From IMG/VR virus record IMGVR_UViG_3300012930_000010, positions 1-32,512 of that record: 32,512 bases of DNA; one strand, written 5' to 3'. Shown piece after piece: positions 1 to 7,044 of this stretch. The DNA comes from a virus. Below the pieces are notes generated by a model. The model saw only the letters and a program-made list of their open reading frames with translations, was not told where the DNA came from and made no database searches. Made by a program: the position numbers and the translations under genes. Position 1 is the stretch's first letter. Each line of letters opens with the position of its first letter.

Positions 1-123
1 CAGACGAAGATGCGCCGCGGCGTGCGCCAGTGCAGCGGCTCCTCGAGCACTTTGGGGTCAATGCCGAAGACGTTGCGGACTTCGCCGGTCCACCGATGTT
101 CGCCGGGATTATTGACCGTAGCG
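1..123. repeat. Terminal direct repeat, copy 1 (identical to 32390..32512); marks circular closure or terminal redundancy of a 32,389-bp genome
   Basis: Base-by-base reading: cagacgaagatgcgccgcgg...attgaccgtagcg occurs at both window ends. The repeat lies inside a coding sequence. Confidence 0.9.
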
Positions 124-266
124 AGTCCCTTGTACTGCGGCGTGTTGCGCAGCCGCGTGGCGGCCAGGCGCGCGGCGTAGCAGTTCGCGCAGCCGGGCGA
201 AATCTCCGTGCACCCAACGATGGGATTCCAGCTCGCGTCCGTCCACTCGATCGAAGTCTTACCCAT
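1..266 (-). CDS. Gp37/Gp68-family (DUF5131) protein, 5' part; the gene crosses the junction and continues at 32389..31762 (297 aa in total)
   Basis: ATG at 266. Translates [39 protein letters not shown]..., the typical family N-terminus with three Cys. It is in frame with ORF 31762..32439 through the repeat. TGATG overlap with the upstream gene. Confidence 0.85.
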   Translation of the reverse strand, partial: MGKTSIEWTDASWNPIVGCTEISPGCANCYAARLAATRLRNTPQYKGLATVNNPGEHRWTGEVRNVFGIDPKVLEEPLHWRTPRRIFV

Positions 267-415
267 CACTCCGCCTTTTTCGTTGTCGCCAAAACAACGA
301 TGTCACCGATTTTGTGGATCTGATTTGCTTTGCCGCAGTTCGGGCAGTCGGAATATAGCTGTATCGTTTTGTCTTTGACTTTTTCGAGTTCCTTGATGGC
401 TTCTGAGATCGTCAC
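266..415 (-). CDS. Small hypothetical protein, 49 aa, with a CPNC motif
   Basis: GTG at 415 overlaps the TGA of the upstream gene (GTGA). The stop overlaps the ATG of the Gp37/68 gene. Upstream of 415 the track ORF 266..550 has only about 34% GC3, so it is not coding there. Confidence 0.55.
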   Translation of the reverse strand: MTISEAIKELEKVKDKTIQLYSDCPNCGKANQIHKIGDIVVLATTKKAE

Positions 416-534
416 TGGCGCCTCAATTTCTCCGCCTGCATGCGGCTCATGTTGCGGATCACGTTCGCGCGCTTCGGGTTTTTGCTCTCGCTCTCCAGCC
501 AGCGCAGCTTCTTTTTTTTCTTCGAGGGCTTCAT
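412..534 (-). CDS. Small basic protein, 40 aa ([40 protein letters not shown])
   Basis: ATG at 534 in a TGATG overlap with the upstream stop. GC3 is about 90% in this frame against about 34% in the competing 266..550 frame. Confidence 0.6.
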   Translation of the reverse strand: MKPSKKKKKLRWLESESKNPKRANVIRNMSRMQAEKLRRQ

Positions 535-797
535 CAGTTGTTCTCCGCACGCACTTGGCGTTTGGCGGCGCGAATCTGTTCGATTTGTTTCCACTGCGGA
601 GAATTCCTCAACTCTTCGAGTTCGATGGGCAGAGGGCGCCGCAGGTTCATATCGCCATCGAAAAACGAAATCTCCATGCAGCGAAAACAGAGGCTCACGT
701 CTCCGGGTTTCTGTTTTGCTTTCCCGGCAACGTGCGAGGATCTGTCAATCTGGTATCCGCAGTGCGGGCACTGTTGCTTGGGAATCGCGAAACTCAC
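534..797 (-). CDS. Zinc-ribbon-like small protein, 87 aa (CPHC...CFRC)
   Basis: GTG at 797 overlaps the upstream TGA (GTGA). The N-terminal 60 aa of track ORF 534..977 overlap the neighbouring gene out of frame. Confidence 0.6.
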   Translation of the reverse strand: MSFAIPKQQCPHCGYQIDRSSHVAGKAKQKPGDVSLCFRCMEISFFDGDMNLRRPLPIELEELRNSPQWKQIEQIRAAKRQVRAENN

Positions 798-1090
798 GGC
801 TTCACCAGTTTGCGAATTTCTTCCAGGCGCGCGGCTTCGAAGGCCGTTAGGCAGCGATAGGTTTTGTACCCGCCGAAGCTGGATGCATCCAGCATCGCCA
901 GCACGTCCCGCATGGCTGCACGCGCACTGACAATCTGGCTTTCCAACATGGTCTGGAACATCTGCTGCGTGACGCACAGCAGGCGCAGCCGTTCCACCTG
1001 CAGCAGCGTCTCCGCGAGCTGCGCTTGCAGCCGGCGATAGGCGGGCAACCGTTTCGCTCTCTTTTTTTCGAAATAACTTTGGCGGTTCAC
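794..1090 (-). CDS. Hypothetical helical protein, 98 aa
   Basis: GTG at 1090 overlaps the Dam stop (GTGA), with GGAG 6 nt upstream. Sequence: NRQSYFEKKRAKRLPAYRRLQAQLAE... Confidence 0.6.
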   Translation of the reverse strand: MNRQSYFEKKRAKRLPAYRRLQAQLAETLLQVERLRLLCVTQQMFQTMLESQIVSARAAMRDVLAMLDASSFGGYKTYRCLTAFEAARLEEIRKLVKP

Positions 1091-1989
1091 CACAAGCTCC
1101 TTTGCGTTTGCGCGTCGACGGCGGCCTTGTTCAGCCACACGCATTCGGTGCGCGTTTTGTCACCCGTGTTTTGCGAGCAGAATTGCCCGCCGGTCCAGGA
1201 GATTGTTTTCCACGTCTTATAGAGGCGGGCGTAGAGCGGGCTGGCGTAGCTGGAAATCACCACCATGCCTTTGAGCGAGTGCAGCACGCTGGCCAGGTTG
1301 CAGTGGTCGCGGTCCGTCATTTCGTGGCGGTAGCGATGTTCCAGGCACGTGCCGTTGCCCACTTTGCGGACGCTCATGGGATACGGCGGATCGACGTAGT
1401 GCAGGCAGTCGGTACGGTCCATCTTGCGGAGAATTTCTTTGGCGTCGCGCTGCTCGATGGTGACGCCCTGCAGGCGCTCGCAAAACGATTCGACGTGATC
1501 CGGCCAGCCGGCCCAATCGCTCGCGGCGGTGGTGCCGGAGCGATTCGCGTTCCAGCGAAAACCGGACAGCATCGTGCTGGAGATTCGCGTGTTGAAGCCG
1601 GCGCGGCTCGCTTTCATCCGCGAAACTGAATCGGACCCCCAACCCATGTAAGCGCGAATCAGCGTGCGGCGCGCGCGCTCCACTTCGGAGCGGGTGTGTT
1701 TGTACGCCAGCAGGAATTCTTCGCGCGCAAACGGCGTGCGCCGCAGCAGGAGCTCGAGGCGTTTGGCGCGGCGCGGATTTTGCAGCACGCGGAAGACGTT
1801 CACCACTTCGCCGTCGAGGTCGTTGTAGATTTCGGAGTAGCAGCGATCTTTGAGCAGCAGCACGCTGCCGCCGCCTCCAAAGACTTCGGTGTAGACGCGA
1901 TGCGGCGGAAATATCTTGAGCAGCTCCGGCGCCAGCCGGAATTTTCCGCCGTGGTACCGCAGCACCGGCCGCGCGATGGTAGTGCTCAT
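1087..1989 (-). CDS. dam: DNA N6-adenine methyltransferase (Dam / D12 class), 300 aa
   Basis: LRYHGGKFRLAP near the N-terminus and the HYVDPPYP catalytic motif. ATGA overlap with the upstream C5-MTase gene. Confidence 0.85.
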   Translation of the reverse strand: MSTTIARPVLRYHGGKFRLAPELLKIFPPHRVYTEVFGGGGSVLLLKDRCYSEIYNDLDGEVVNVFRVLQNPRRAKRLELLLRRTPFAREEFLLAYKHTRSEVERARRTLIRAYMGWGSDSVSRMKASRAGFNTRISSTMLSGFRWNANRSGTTAASDWAGWPDHVESFCERLQGVTIEQRDAKEILRKMDRTDCLHYVDPPYPMSVRKVGNGTCLEHRYRHEMTDRDHCNLASVLHSLKGMVVISSYASPLYARLYKTWKTISWTGGQFCSQNTGDKTRTECVWLNKAAVDAQTQRSLW

Positions 1990-2663
1990 GCGAAACGCAC
2001 CTGGCGCGCGATGTATTCCGAATAGACCGGCGGGACCGCTTCGGCCATCTCTTTGCGCGTCATCCAATCGATGCCTAGCGCGCGGATCCCCTGCGGCTTC
2101 GTCCAATGCATAGAGCGGTTTTGTACGCTCTTGCATCCTGGACCGCCGCCGTGGCCCGTGATGATGAAAACTCGGTTGTCGTCAAATCTCCGCGTTGCGC
2201 CGCGAGGCGCGCAAGTGTGTTCCGGCCGGAGCCAAAAGAAGTTTGTTTCGAAGAGGCGATGCCGAATCAGCGGCAACCCAAACATCTGGCCACAGAGAAA
2301 CTGGTCGGTTTCGAGCGGAGAGCGCAACACGTTTTCGATGCACCAAGGTTTCCCCGTCGCACGCAGAGTGTTGCGGACCTGCGGAATCTGGTCGGGCCAC
2401 TGGTGCTTGCGGTGGCGATTCGTTCCATAGTTGGCGAGCGCGCTGTACCCCTTGCAGACTGGCGAAGCCCAAAGAAAATCGAATTCGCTCAGCCATTCGA
2501 AGTCCAGCTCGAAAACGCTGGCCTGCACGAAATTGAACGGGTAGTTTTTTTGCGGGTGGAGATCAACTCCGGTGATCTTCGCTTTCGGCCAGGCTCGATG
2601 AAGGCCCATTGCCGCGCCGCCGCCGCCGCAAAAGAGATCCAGAACGCGCTTGGGTGCATTCAT
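1986..2663 (-). CDS. DNA (cytosine-5) methyltransferase, short phage type, 225 aa
   Basis: Motif I is LDLFCGGGGAAMG, the PC-like motif is SPVCKGYS, and an ENV motif is present. ATGA overlaps at both ends. Confidence 0.8.
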   Translation of the reverse strand: MNAPKRVLDLFCGGGGAAMGLHRAWPKAKITGVDLHPQKNYPFNFVQASVFELDFEWLSEFDFLWASPVCKGYSALANYGTNRHRKHQWPDQIPQVRNTLRATGKPWCIENVLRSPLETDQFLCGQMFGLPLIRHRLFETNFFWLRPEHTCAPRGATRRFDDNRVFIITGHGGGPGCKSVQNRSMHWTKPQGIRALGIDWMTRKEMAEAVPPVYSEYIARQVRFA

Positions 2664-2911
2664 GCCTGGGGTGCCCAGCCGTTTTCTCGCGCGGCGTGCG
2701 CGCAGATCAGCATGTAATTGTCAGCGCTAGGATTTTTCTCCGGTGTGCACTCCGCGCAGCCAATCATCCCGATGGCGTGTTTGTTGGCGGTGAGAAAGTG
2801 CACCACGGGAGCGCCTTCGTTCAATACGTGGGGGCAGATCCCGTACCCTGGCTCAAGCGGGGCATCTGGCCGATGGGTGCACAAAACATAGGGGTAGCGG
2901 TGCCTCGGCAT
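2660..2911 (-). CDS. Cys/His-rich hypothetical protein, 83 aa
   Basis: ATG at 2911, high GC3, ATGA overlap with the next gene. Confidence 0.55.
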   Translation of the reverse strand: MPRHRYPYVLCTHRPDAPLEPGYGICPHVLNEGAPVVHFLTANKHAIGMIGCAECTPEKNPSADNYMLICAHAARENGWAPQA

Positions 2912-2917
2912 GGCTGT

Positions 2918-3490
2918 TTAGACCCCCACCTTGGAATCAGCGCTGGATATGGGCGGGGCTGTGGAAATACCGGGGCTAGGTGCGCTTGTTGGAATGCGCG
3001 ATTCCAGCCCCAGAGTGTCTGTTGGACTAAGACTCCACAGTTTTCGCATGCCGCGCACCGCGAGCGGCCGATCGAGCCGCTGGACGTCGCGCAGGATCCA
3101 TGCCCAGCGGCCGCCATCGTAATTGCCGAATTGTTTTTCCAGTTCCCAGCCATGTTTCGGCTGAAACCACTCTTTGAGTTGTTTCGCTTTGTACTCCACG
3201 AGCGGCGCCGGGAGGCAGGCGACTAACTGACAGACGCACACCACCGCGCCGCGGGGCAACGGGGTTTGTACTTGCAAACCCCGTTCTGAAAAAGTCAGCG
3301 GCGGAAACTCGAATCCCTTACTCCCCAAAATGAACGTGACGCGAGACAGCTCCGTGGGATCCGGCTGGCGCAGCGCCGCATGAATCGCCAGCAGCCCGCG
3401 GTAGCTGGTGTACCAGTCGCGCGTCTCCACTTCTTTCCAGCCGTAGGCAATCAGCGAAGCGTACGGCTCGTGCAGCGTCAGCGCCTTCAT
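2918..3490 (-). CDS. ASCH-domain protein, 190 aa
   Basis: MKALTLHEPYASLIAYGWKEVETRDWYTSYRGLLAIHAA...GAVVCVCQLVAC is the typical ASCH N-terminal pattern. ATGA overlap with the upstream gene. It contains hairpin copy A. Confidence 0.7.
   Translation of the reverse strand: MKALTLHEPYASLIAYGWKEVETRDWYTSYRGLLAIHAALRQPDPTELSRVTFILGSKGFEFPPLTFSERGLQVQTPLPRGAVVCVCQLVACLPAPLVEYKAKQLKEWFQPKHGWELEKQFGNYDGGRWAWILRDVQRLDRPLAVRGMRKLWSLSPTDTLGLESRIPTSAPSPGISTAPPISSADSKVGV
3258..3293 (+). repeat. TACTTR-loop hairpin element, copy A (AACGGGGTTTG-TACTTG-CAAACCCCGTT ctg AAAAA)
   Basis: Perfect 11-bp stem. Near-identical over about 33 nt to copy B. Lies inside the ASCH ORF, antisense to it. Confidence 0.8.
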
Positions 3491-3759
3491 CGTTTAGACT
3501 CGTAGAAAACGTGCCAGACAAAATCGCCGATGATGAGCGTGTTCAAGAGAGAAAGTTTTGGATTGTTCGGCAGCGGGTGCCCCGTGCCAATGATCCAGAT
3601 CCGCCAGCGCTCCGTCTCTTTGGTTTCCGAATCGCAAAGGCACCAAACGCAAATCGTGCCGTGCTGAACCTCGCAAGACATCGGTTGAGCGCCGCGCGGA
3701 GTGCTGATGTGCTGTTCCATGAGGTTCGACATCAGAGGGAACTTCCAAATCGTTTTCAC
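3487..3759 (-). CDS. Conserved small phage protein of unknown function, 90 aa
   Basis: GTG at 3759 with GGAGG 8 nt upstream. MKTIWKFPL...GTGHPLP...VWHVF resembles a widespread small phage protein family (recalled from memory, not verified). Confidence 0.65.
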   Translation of the reverse strand: MKTIWKFPLMSNLMEQHISTPRGAQPMSCEVQHGTICVWCLCDSETKETERWRIWIIGTGHPLPNNPKLSLLNTLIIGDFVWHVFYESKR

Positions 3760-4088
3760 GTCGCGAACCTCCGGTCGAAGGCCGCGGCGGTTATTCCCCG
3801 GCGCGTGCTTTTCGCAGCGCGTTGCGGCTCACCACGGCGCGCAGGCCGTCGCGAAACTCGATAGCGCAGGAATTCATCCTGCGGGAACGGATAAGGACAC
3901 GACACGGTTGCCCCTTGCGGCCGGGCAGGCCCGGGCGACTCCACCGGAACACAAACGGGTACTCGCAGTTGGAGTTCATCGCGCAGCCTCACTTGCCATT
4001 GCTGCAGGCGTTCCTCGGCGCGGTCCACCAGCTTGATGAGTTGGCGGATGGTCCACCGCCGCAGCCACAGCTTGATTTTTTGCTTCAT
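3756..4088 (-). CDS. Small hypothetical protein starting MKQKIKLWLRRWTIRQLIKLVDRAEERLQQWQ; the 3' end is unresolved because the ORF runs over the next gene
   Basis: ATG at 4088 in an ATGA overlap with GGAGA upstream. High GC3 for the first ~36 codons. After 3979 the product looks like off-frame read-through. Confidence 0.4.
   Translation of the reverse strand: MKQKIKLWLRRWTIRQLIKLVDRAEERLQQWQVRLRDELQLRVPVCVPVESPGPARPQGATVSCPYPFPQDEFLRYRVSRRPARRGEPQRAAKSTRRGITAAAFDRRFAT
3791..3979 (-). CDS. Small hypothetical protein, 62 aa
   Basis: ATG at 3979, GC3 about 75%. ...GRKGQPCRVLIRSRRMNSCAIEFRDGLRAVVSRNALRK looks like a real small phage protein. Confidence 0.6.
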   Translation of the reverse strand: MNSNCEYPFVFRWSRPGLPGRKGQPCRVLIRSRRMNSCAIEFRDGLRAVVSRNALRKARAGE

Positions 4089-4306
4089 GCTGTCTCCGGC
4101 ATCCCATAGACGCGCTGGTCTGAACGGCTCGCAATACCTATGATGAGATCGGGACGGCGAAATGTGATTCCACTCCACACCTTGCTGGTGGCGTTCCAGA
4201 TTCGAATTGAGTAGTCCGCACGATTCACATCTTCCGCAACGATTTTCCCGAGCTTCATCCCTCGCCTGTATTTCACGAGAACAATCTGATCTCGCTCGTA
4301 TTTCAT
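4085..4306 (-). CDS. Small hypothetical protein, 73 aa (MKYERDQIVLVKYRRGMKLGKIVAEDV...)
   Basis: ATGA overlaps at both ends. The N-terminal 135 aa of track ORF 4085..4711 are an out-of-frame overlap. Confidence 0.6.
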   Translation of the reverse strand: MKYERDQIVLVKYRRGMKLGKIVAEDVNRADYSIRIWNATSKVWSGITFRRPDLIIGIASRSDQRVYGMPETA

Positions 4307-4851
4307 AGAGTTGCCTCCGAGAAAAACGGCAGCGCCCCCTGGCGCGCGTTCGCCGTCAAGCGGTCGCGGCGCGCCTTTCGGCAATCCGCGCACGTCACGT
4401 GTTTTTTTTCCGGGTGCTCTGGATCCGGCTTCACTTCGTTTTTCTGGCAGTCCACGCAGATGCCTTCGCGCCGCAGCCGCGCCCGCCGCTCCTGCATGTA
4501 CTTGTTCAGGTGGTCGCGCCTGCTCATCGCGAAGCCTCGGTGGATCGGCTCGGCGGTTTCTTCCTCTTCGCGTTCGCCGGAGGCGCGCGACTTGAAATCG
4601 AATAGCGACGAAACCTTGCTGGGCATGTGGCGATCGAGAAACGCCACGATGAATTCGTGGTAGCTCTCCCAGATCGGTTTGCCGGCCAGGGCGCGCTGCA
4701 GCGTCTCCCACGAAAACGGTGCGCCCATCGAGAGTCTCAATTGCGGTAGCCCGATCGAGACGCCGAGCCGCTGCGCGTGTTCTCTCTGGAATTGCCGCAG
4801 GCGGCGGCAGTCCGCCTGAGAAAGAATTTTGGAAGTTCGGCCTCGGGTCAT
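4303..4851 (-). CDS. Hypothetical protein, 182 aa, with a C-terminal CxxC...CxxC basic domain
   Basis: ATGA overlaps at both ends. ...MSRRDHLNKYMQERRARLRREGICVDCQ...TCADCRKARRDRL. An internal in-frame ATG at 4527 could give a separate short product. Confidence 0.65.
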   Translation of the reverse strand: MTRGRTSKILSQADCRRLRQFQREHAQRLGVSIGLPQLRLSMGAPFSWETLQRALAGKPIWESYHEFIVAFLDRHMPSKVSSLFDFKSRASGEREEEETAEPIHRGFAMSRRDHLNKYMQERRARLRREGICVDCQKNEVKPDPEHPEKKHVTCADCRKARRDRLTANARQGALPFFSEATL

Positions 4852-5039
4852 GGTTTGGACTCCGACTTCGTTTCGACGATTTGCTTCTTCAACCGCCTGG
4901 CACTGACGAGCTGGTATCTCGCGACACTGGTAGGGCCGTCATCTTCGACTGCATCTTGCTCGCGCGTGTAAGCCAGAGGGTCAAAAATGCCGTTACTGGA
5001 ATCGCGCCTAACAAAAAGCACCTTCGGGAATTTGTCCAT
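4848..5039 (-). CDS. Small hypothetical protein, 63 aa
   Basis: ATG at 5039 with AGGAGG upstream. ATGA overlap with the next gene. Confidence 0.65.
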   Translation of the reverse strand: MDKFPKVLFVRRDSSNGIFDPLAYTREQDAVEDDGPTSVARYQLVSARRLKKQIVETKSESKP

Positions 5040-5050
5040 CGCTTTTCCTC

Positions 5051-5320
5051 CTAAACTACTTGCGCGTTCTGACGCGGCCGCAAACGCCCTTCGCGCACCA
5101 GCCGCTCGTACACTTCGACAACCTGCTCCGGAATCAAAACTGTTTCGAAAACGTGTCTCAGCAGCGCCAGGTGGTCTTCGTGAAGAATGTCGTCAAGTAC
5201 CGGCTCGATGCTTTCCAGTTCCTGAATGTACATTTCTTCGAGCTGGCGGTAGATCGGCGCTTCTTTCGGCACGTCGTTCATCAGCCGATCGAGCAGCCGC
5301 TGTTTGTTGTCCTGATTCAT
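5051..5320 (-). CDS. Small hypothetical acidic/helical protein, 89 aa (MNQDNKQRLLDRLMNDVPKE...)
   Basis: ATG at 5320 in an ATGA overlap with the upstream stop. The earlier track start at 5497 lies in the neighbour's frame. Confidence 0.6.
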   Translation of the reverse strand: MNQDNKQRLLDRLMNDVPKEAPIYRQLEEMYIQELESIEPVLDDILHEDHLALLRHVFETVLIPEQVVEVYERLVREGRLRPRQNAQVV

Positions 5321-5601
5321 TGGTGCGAAAACCATTTCATCCATCGCCAGCGATCGCGCAGCCAGCCAACGGACTGCAACACCGAGCCGGCCAGCACACC
5401 CCACAGAAATTCCCGGTGCAGACGCAGCAAGACAAGCACCGGCGGAAACAGCAGAAAAGCGAAACCCGCTAAAACAAACAACGCCAACGCGCACCACACC
5501 GAGATATAAAGTCGATCCTTGTGGATTCGCGCGCTGTCGTCAGCGCGGTCCACGATGTCCTGTTCGGTGAGCCGGTGTTGCTGGCCTTTGGGATAATTCA
5601 T
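5317..5601 (-). CDS. Small membrane protein, 94 aa, two predicted TM helices
   Basis: ATG at 5601 in an ATGA overlap. ISVWCALALFVLAGFAFLLFPPVLVLL and FLWGVLAGSVLQSVGWL are the hydrophobic stretches. Confidence 0.6.
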   Translation of the reverse strand: MNYPKGQQHRLTEQDIVDRADDSARIHKDRLYISVWCALALFVLAGFAFLLFPPVLVLLRLHREFLWGVLAGSVLQSVGWLRDRWRWMKWFSHQ

Positions 5602-5816
5602 GCGGCCTCGGATTTCGGAAGGTCCCGGCAAGGTGCGCAGAGCCATGTCCGCCGGTCGCCGGGATGCGTGGCGCGGCCCCGCGTAAAGCAAGGGACCTGG
5701 TAGCAAGCGCATTCTCGGCCGCAATCGGTGCAGGTGTGAGAGTGCAGCCCGAGGCGCGCGATGGCCACGGGCTGCATTTCTTCCGGAGTGAGCGGGATAT
5801 TTCGCAGGGCACTCAC
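5598..5816 (-). CDS. Cys-rich small protein, 72 aa
   Basis: GTG at 5816 in a GTGA overlap. HSHTCTDCGRECACYQVPC...WLCAPC. Confidence 0.55.
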   Translation of the reverse strand: MSALRNIPLTPEEMQPVAIARLGLHSHTCTDCGRECACYQVPCFTRGRATHPGDRRTWLCAPCRDLPKSEAA

Positions 5817-6040
5817 CAGTGCACCGGCCCGCGGCGCGGCCGCGCTTCGGTCACATTCCGCGCGCGCTGGATGCGGTCTTTCTCAAGCCACTTCGCGGCT
5901 TCTTCCGGAGTTAGAACTTTGTCGTTGATTCCGAGCAGGACGCGCGTCCACTCCCTATCTCTGGCGGTGCGGATGCGCTGCATAATTTCAGCGGGGGGTT
6001 CTGCGCTCTGTCTTGGTTTGCCAAAATACGAGGAGCGCAT
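5813..6040 (-). CDS. Small hypothetical protein, 75 aa (MRSSYFGKPRQSAEPPAEIMQRIRTARDREW...)
   Basis: ATG at 6040 in a TGATG overlap with the upstream reading frame. The rest of track ORF 5813..6568 upstream is non-coding or in another frame. Confidence 0.6.
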   Translation of the reverse strand: MRSSYFGKPRQSAEPPAEIMQRIRTARDREWTRVLLGINDKVLTPEEAAKWLEKDRIQRARNVTEARPRRGPVHW

Positions 6041-6297
6041 CACAGCGCCTCGGTCCTGGGCAAGCGGATGGCCCGCGCGCGCCGCGGCATGCCGAGGCGC
6101 GAGCCGGCACGGTACTTGAGTGTGTAGACAAATTTCTCGATGTACTCGATGCCTTCTAGCGCCGCCAGCGCGCTGGTCGAATCGTGGCGGCGTACCGCAC
6201 GATTGGCTTCGCGTTGCAGATCTTCCTTGAAGCCTAAAGCTGTCGATTCGATTTCCTAGATCGACAGCGGATGAACGGACGGGGACAGGGAGAGCAT
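6040..6297 (-). pseudogene. Early gene interrupted by one in-frame TAG (codon 14): MLSLSPSVHPLSI-TAG-EIESTALGFKEDLQREANRAVRRHDSTSALAALEGIEYIEKFVYTLKYRAGSRLGMPRRARAIRLPRTEAL
   Basis: ATG at 6297 with GGAGG 9 nt upstream. GC3 is about 85% before and about 73% after the TAG (6258..6256). There is no canonical start after the TAG. The TGA overlaps the ATG of the next gene. Confidence 0.5.
6239..6268. promoter_or_regulatory. 9-bp perfect inverted repeat (GCTGTCGAT / ATCGACAGC) with a 12-nt spacer that contains the in-frame TAG
   Basis: Arms at 6239..6247 and 6260..6268, read directly. Confidence 0.7.
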
Positions 6298-6501
6298 GGG
6301 CACAGACCTCCGGGAAGTTGGATTGGGTTGGAATTCCCGGCCGAGGGAGAATCGAGCACCGGCGGGGTACCGGGCGTGTTAGATGCTTATGGAGTAATGG
6401 GGATGCAGAGAAGAAACAGCGAACAAAGAAAGACCTAGTACTTAAATTATGTAAACTAGAAAATCGGGCTGGCTTTTCCGCTGAGTGTAGGTTCATGGGA
6501 G

Positions 6502-7044
6502 TCAGTTCTCTGCCGGGACGCAGTAAGTTTCTTGGGAGGTTGAAGTCAACTTCCAGCCATCTGGACAAGCTGCACAGTGACCGGAGAGGCAGTGCTTTTC
6601 GGTTTGCGGCTTCTGAATCATCGCCTGTTCAGGTATCACATACAGCCTAGCGGGCATCGGCTGGCCAACGAGTTCATTAGTTTCCGCGTTGATCCAGGCG
6701 AACGACAATCCGGAGTCTTTTGCAAACGGCTGAAGGGCGCCGGGCATCACCCAACGCACCTGCATTCCGCCGGCTTGTTTTGTCATCAGATCCAGCGCCG
6801 ACCCCAAACCAGGTCGCGCCATATTCAGCAGTTTCGTGTCGATCGCTGAGAGCGGCGCCGAACCTGGCTCCAGCAACGCGGTCCACACAGCGGGATGCGC
6901 CTGCTGGTCTAGAACCTGCTTGAAATAGTCCCTTTGCTCTTCACACGTCGCATCACGTGTTCCCGCCTTTTGAGCATTGCCGGCAACACCGACAGCCGCT
7001 ACACCAAACACCAGTCCCAAGAGGAATGCTTTCGGGTTGGTCAT
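6502..7044 (-). CDS. Secreted protein with an N-terminal signal peptide, 180 aa, function unknown
   Basis: ATG at 7044 in an ATGA overlap with the RHH gene. MTNPKAFLLGLVFGVAAVGVAGNAQ is signal-peptide-like. The C-terminus is Cys-rich. Confidence 0.65.
   Translation of the reverse strand: MTNPKAFLLGLVFGVAAVGVAGNAQKAGTRDATCEEQRDYFKQVLDQQAHPAVWTALLEPGSAPLSAIDTKLLNMARPGLGSALDLMTKQAGGMQVRWVMPGALQPFAKDSGLSFAWINAETNELVGQPMPARLYVIPEQAMIQKPQTEKHCLSGHCAACPDGWKLTSTSQETYCVPAEN

Noticed and set aside
3258-3293. Reading the TACTTG hairpins as sigma54 promoters (GG-N10-GC, TTGCA)
   Set aside because: Only the GG and TTGC partly match in copies A, B, E and H. Copies C, D, F and G have TTAC or no GG at the right spacing, so the shared feature is the hairpin rather than a -24/-12 element.
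4488-4512. Extra TACTTG hits, here (catgtacttgttcagg) and at about 6110..6125 (cggtacttgagtgtg), 13008, 16255, 17596 and 19861
   Set aside because: No flanking complementary arms and no A-run. They arise from Lys-Tyr or Tyr-Phe codon pairs inside genes.
6420-6475. AT-rich stretch with TTTACA/CATAAT-like hexamers as the promoter for the 6297 gene
   Set aside because: The spacing between the candidate -35 and -10 hexamers never fits 16-18 nt. I note it only as lower-GC intergenic DNA.
5813-6568. 251-aa track ORF
   Set aside because: Only the last 75 codons (from ATG 6040) look coding. The upstream part crosses a lower-GC intergenic region and another frame (6040..6297) that has better GC3 and an SD.
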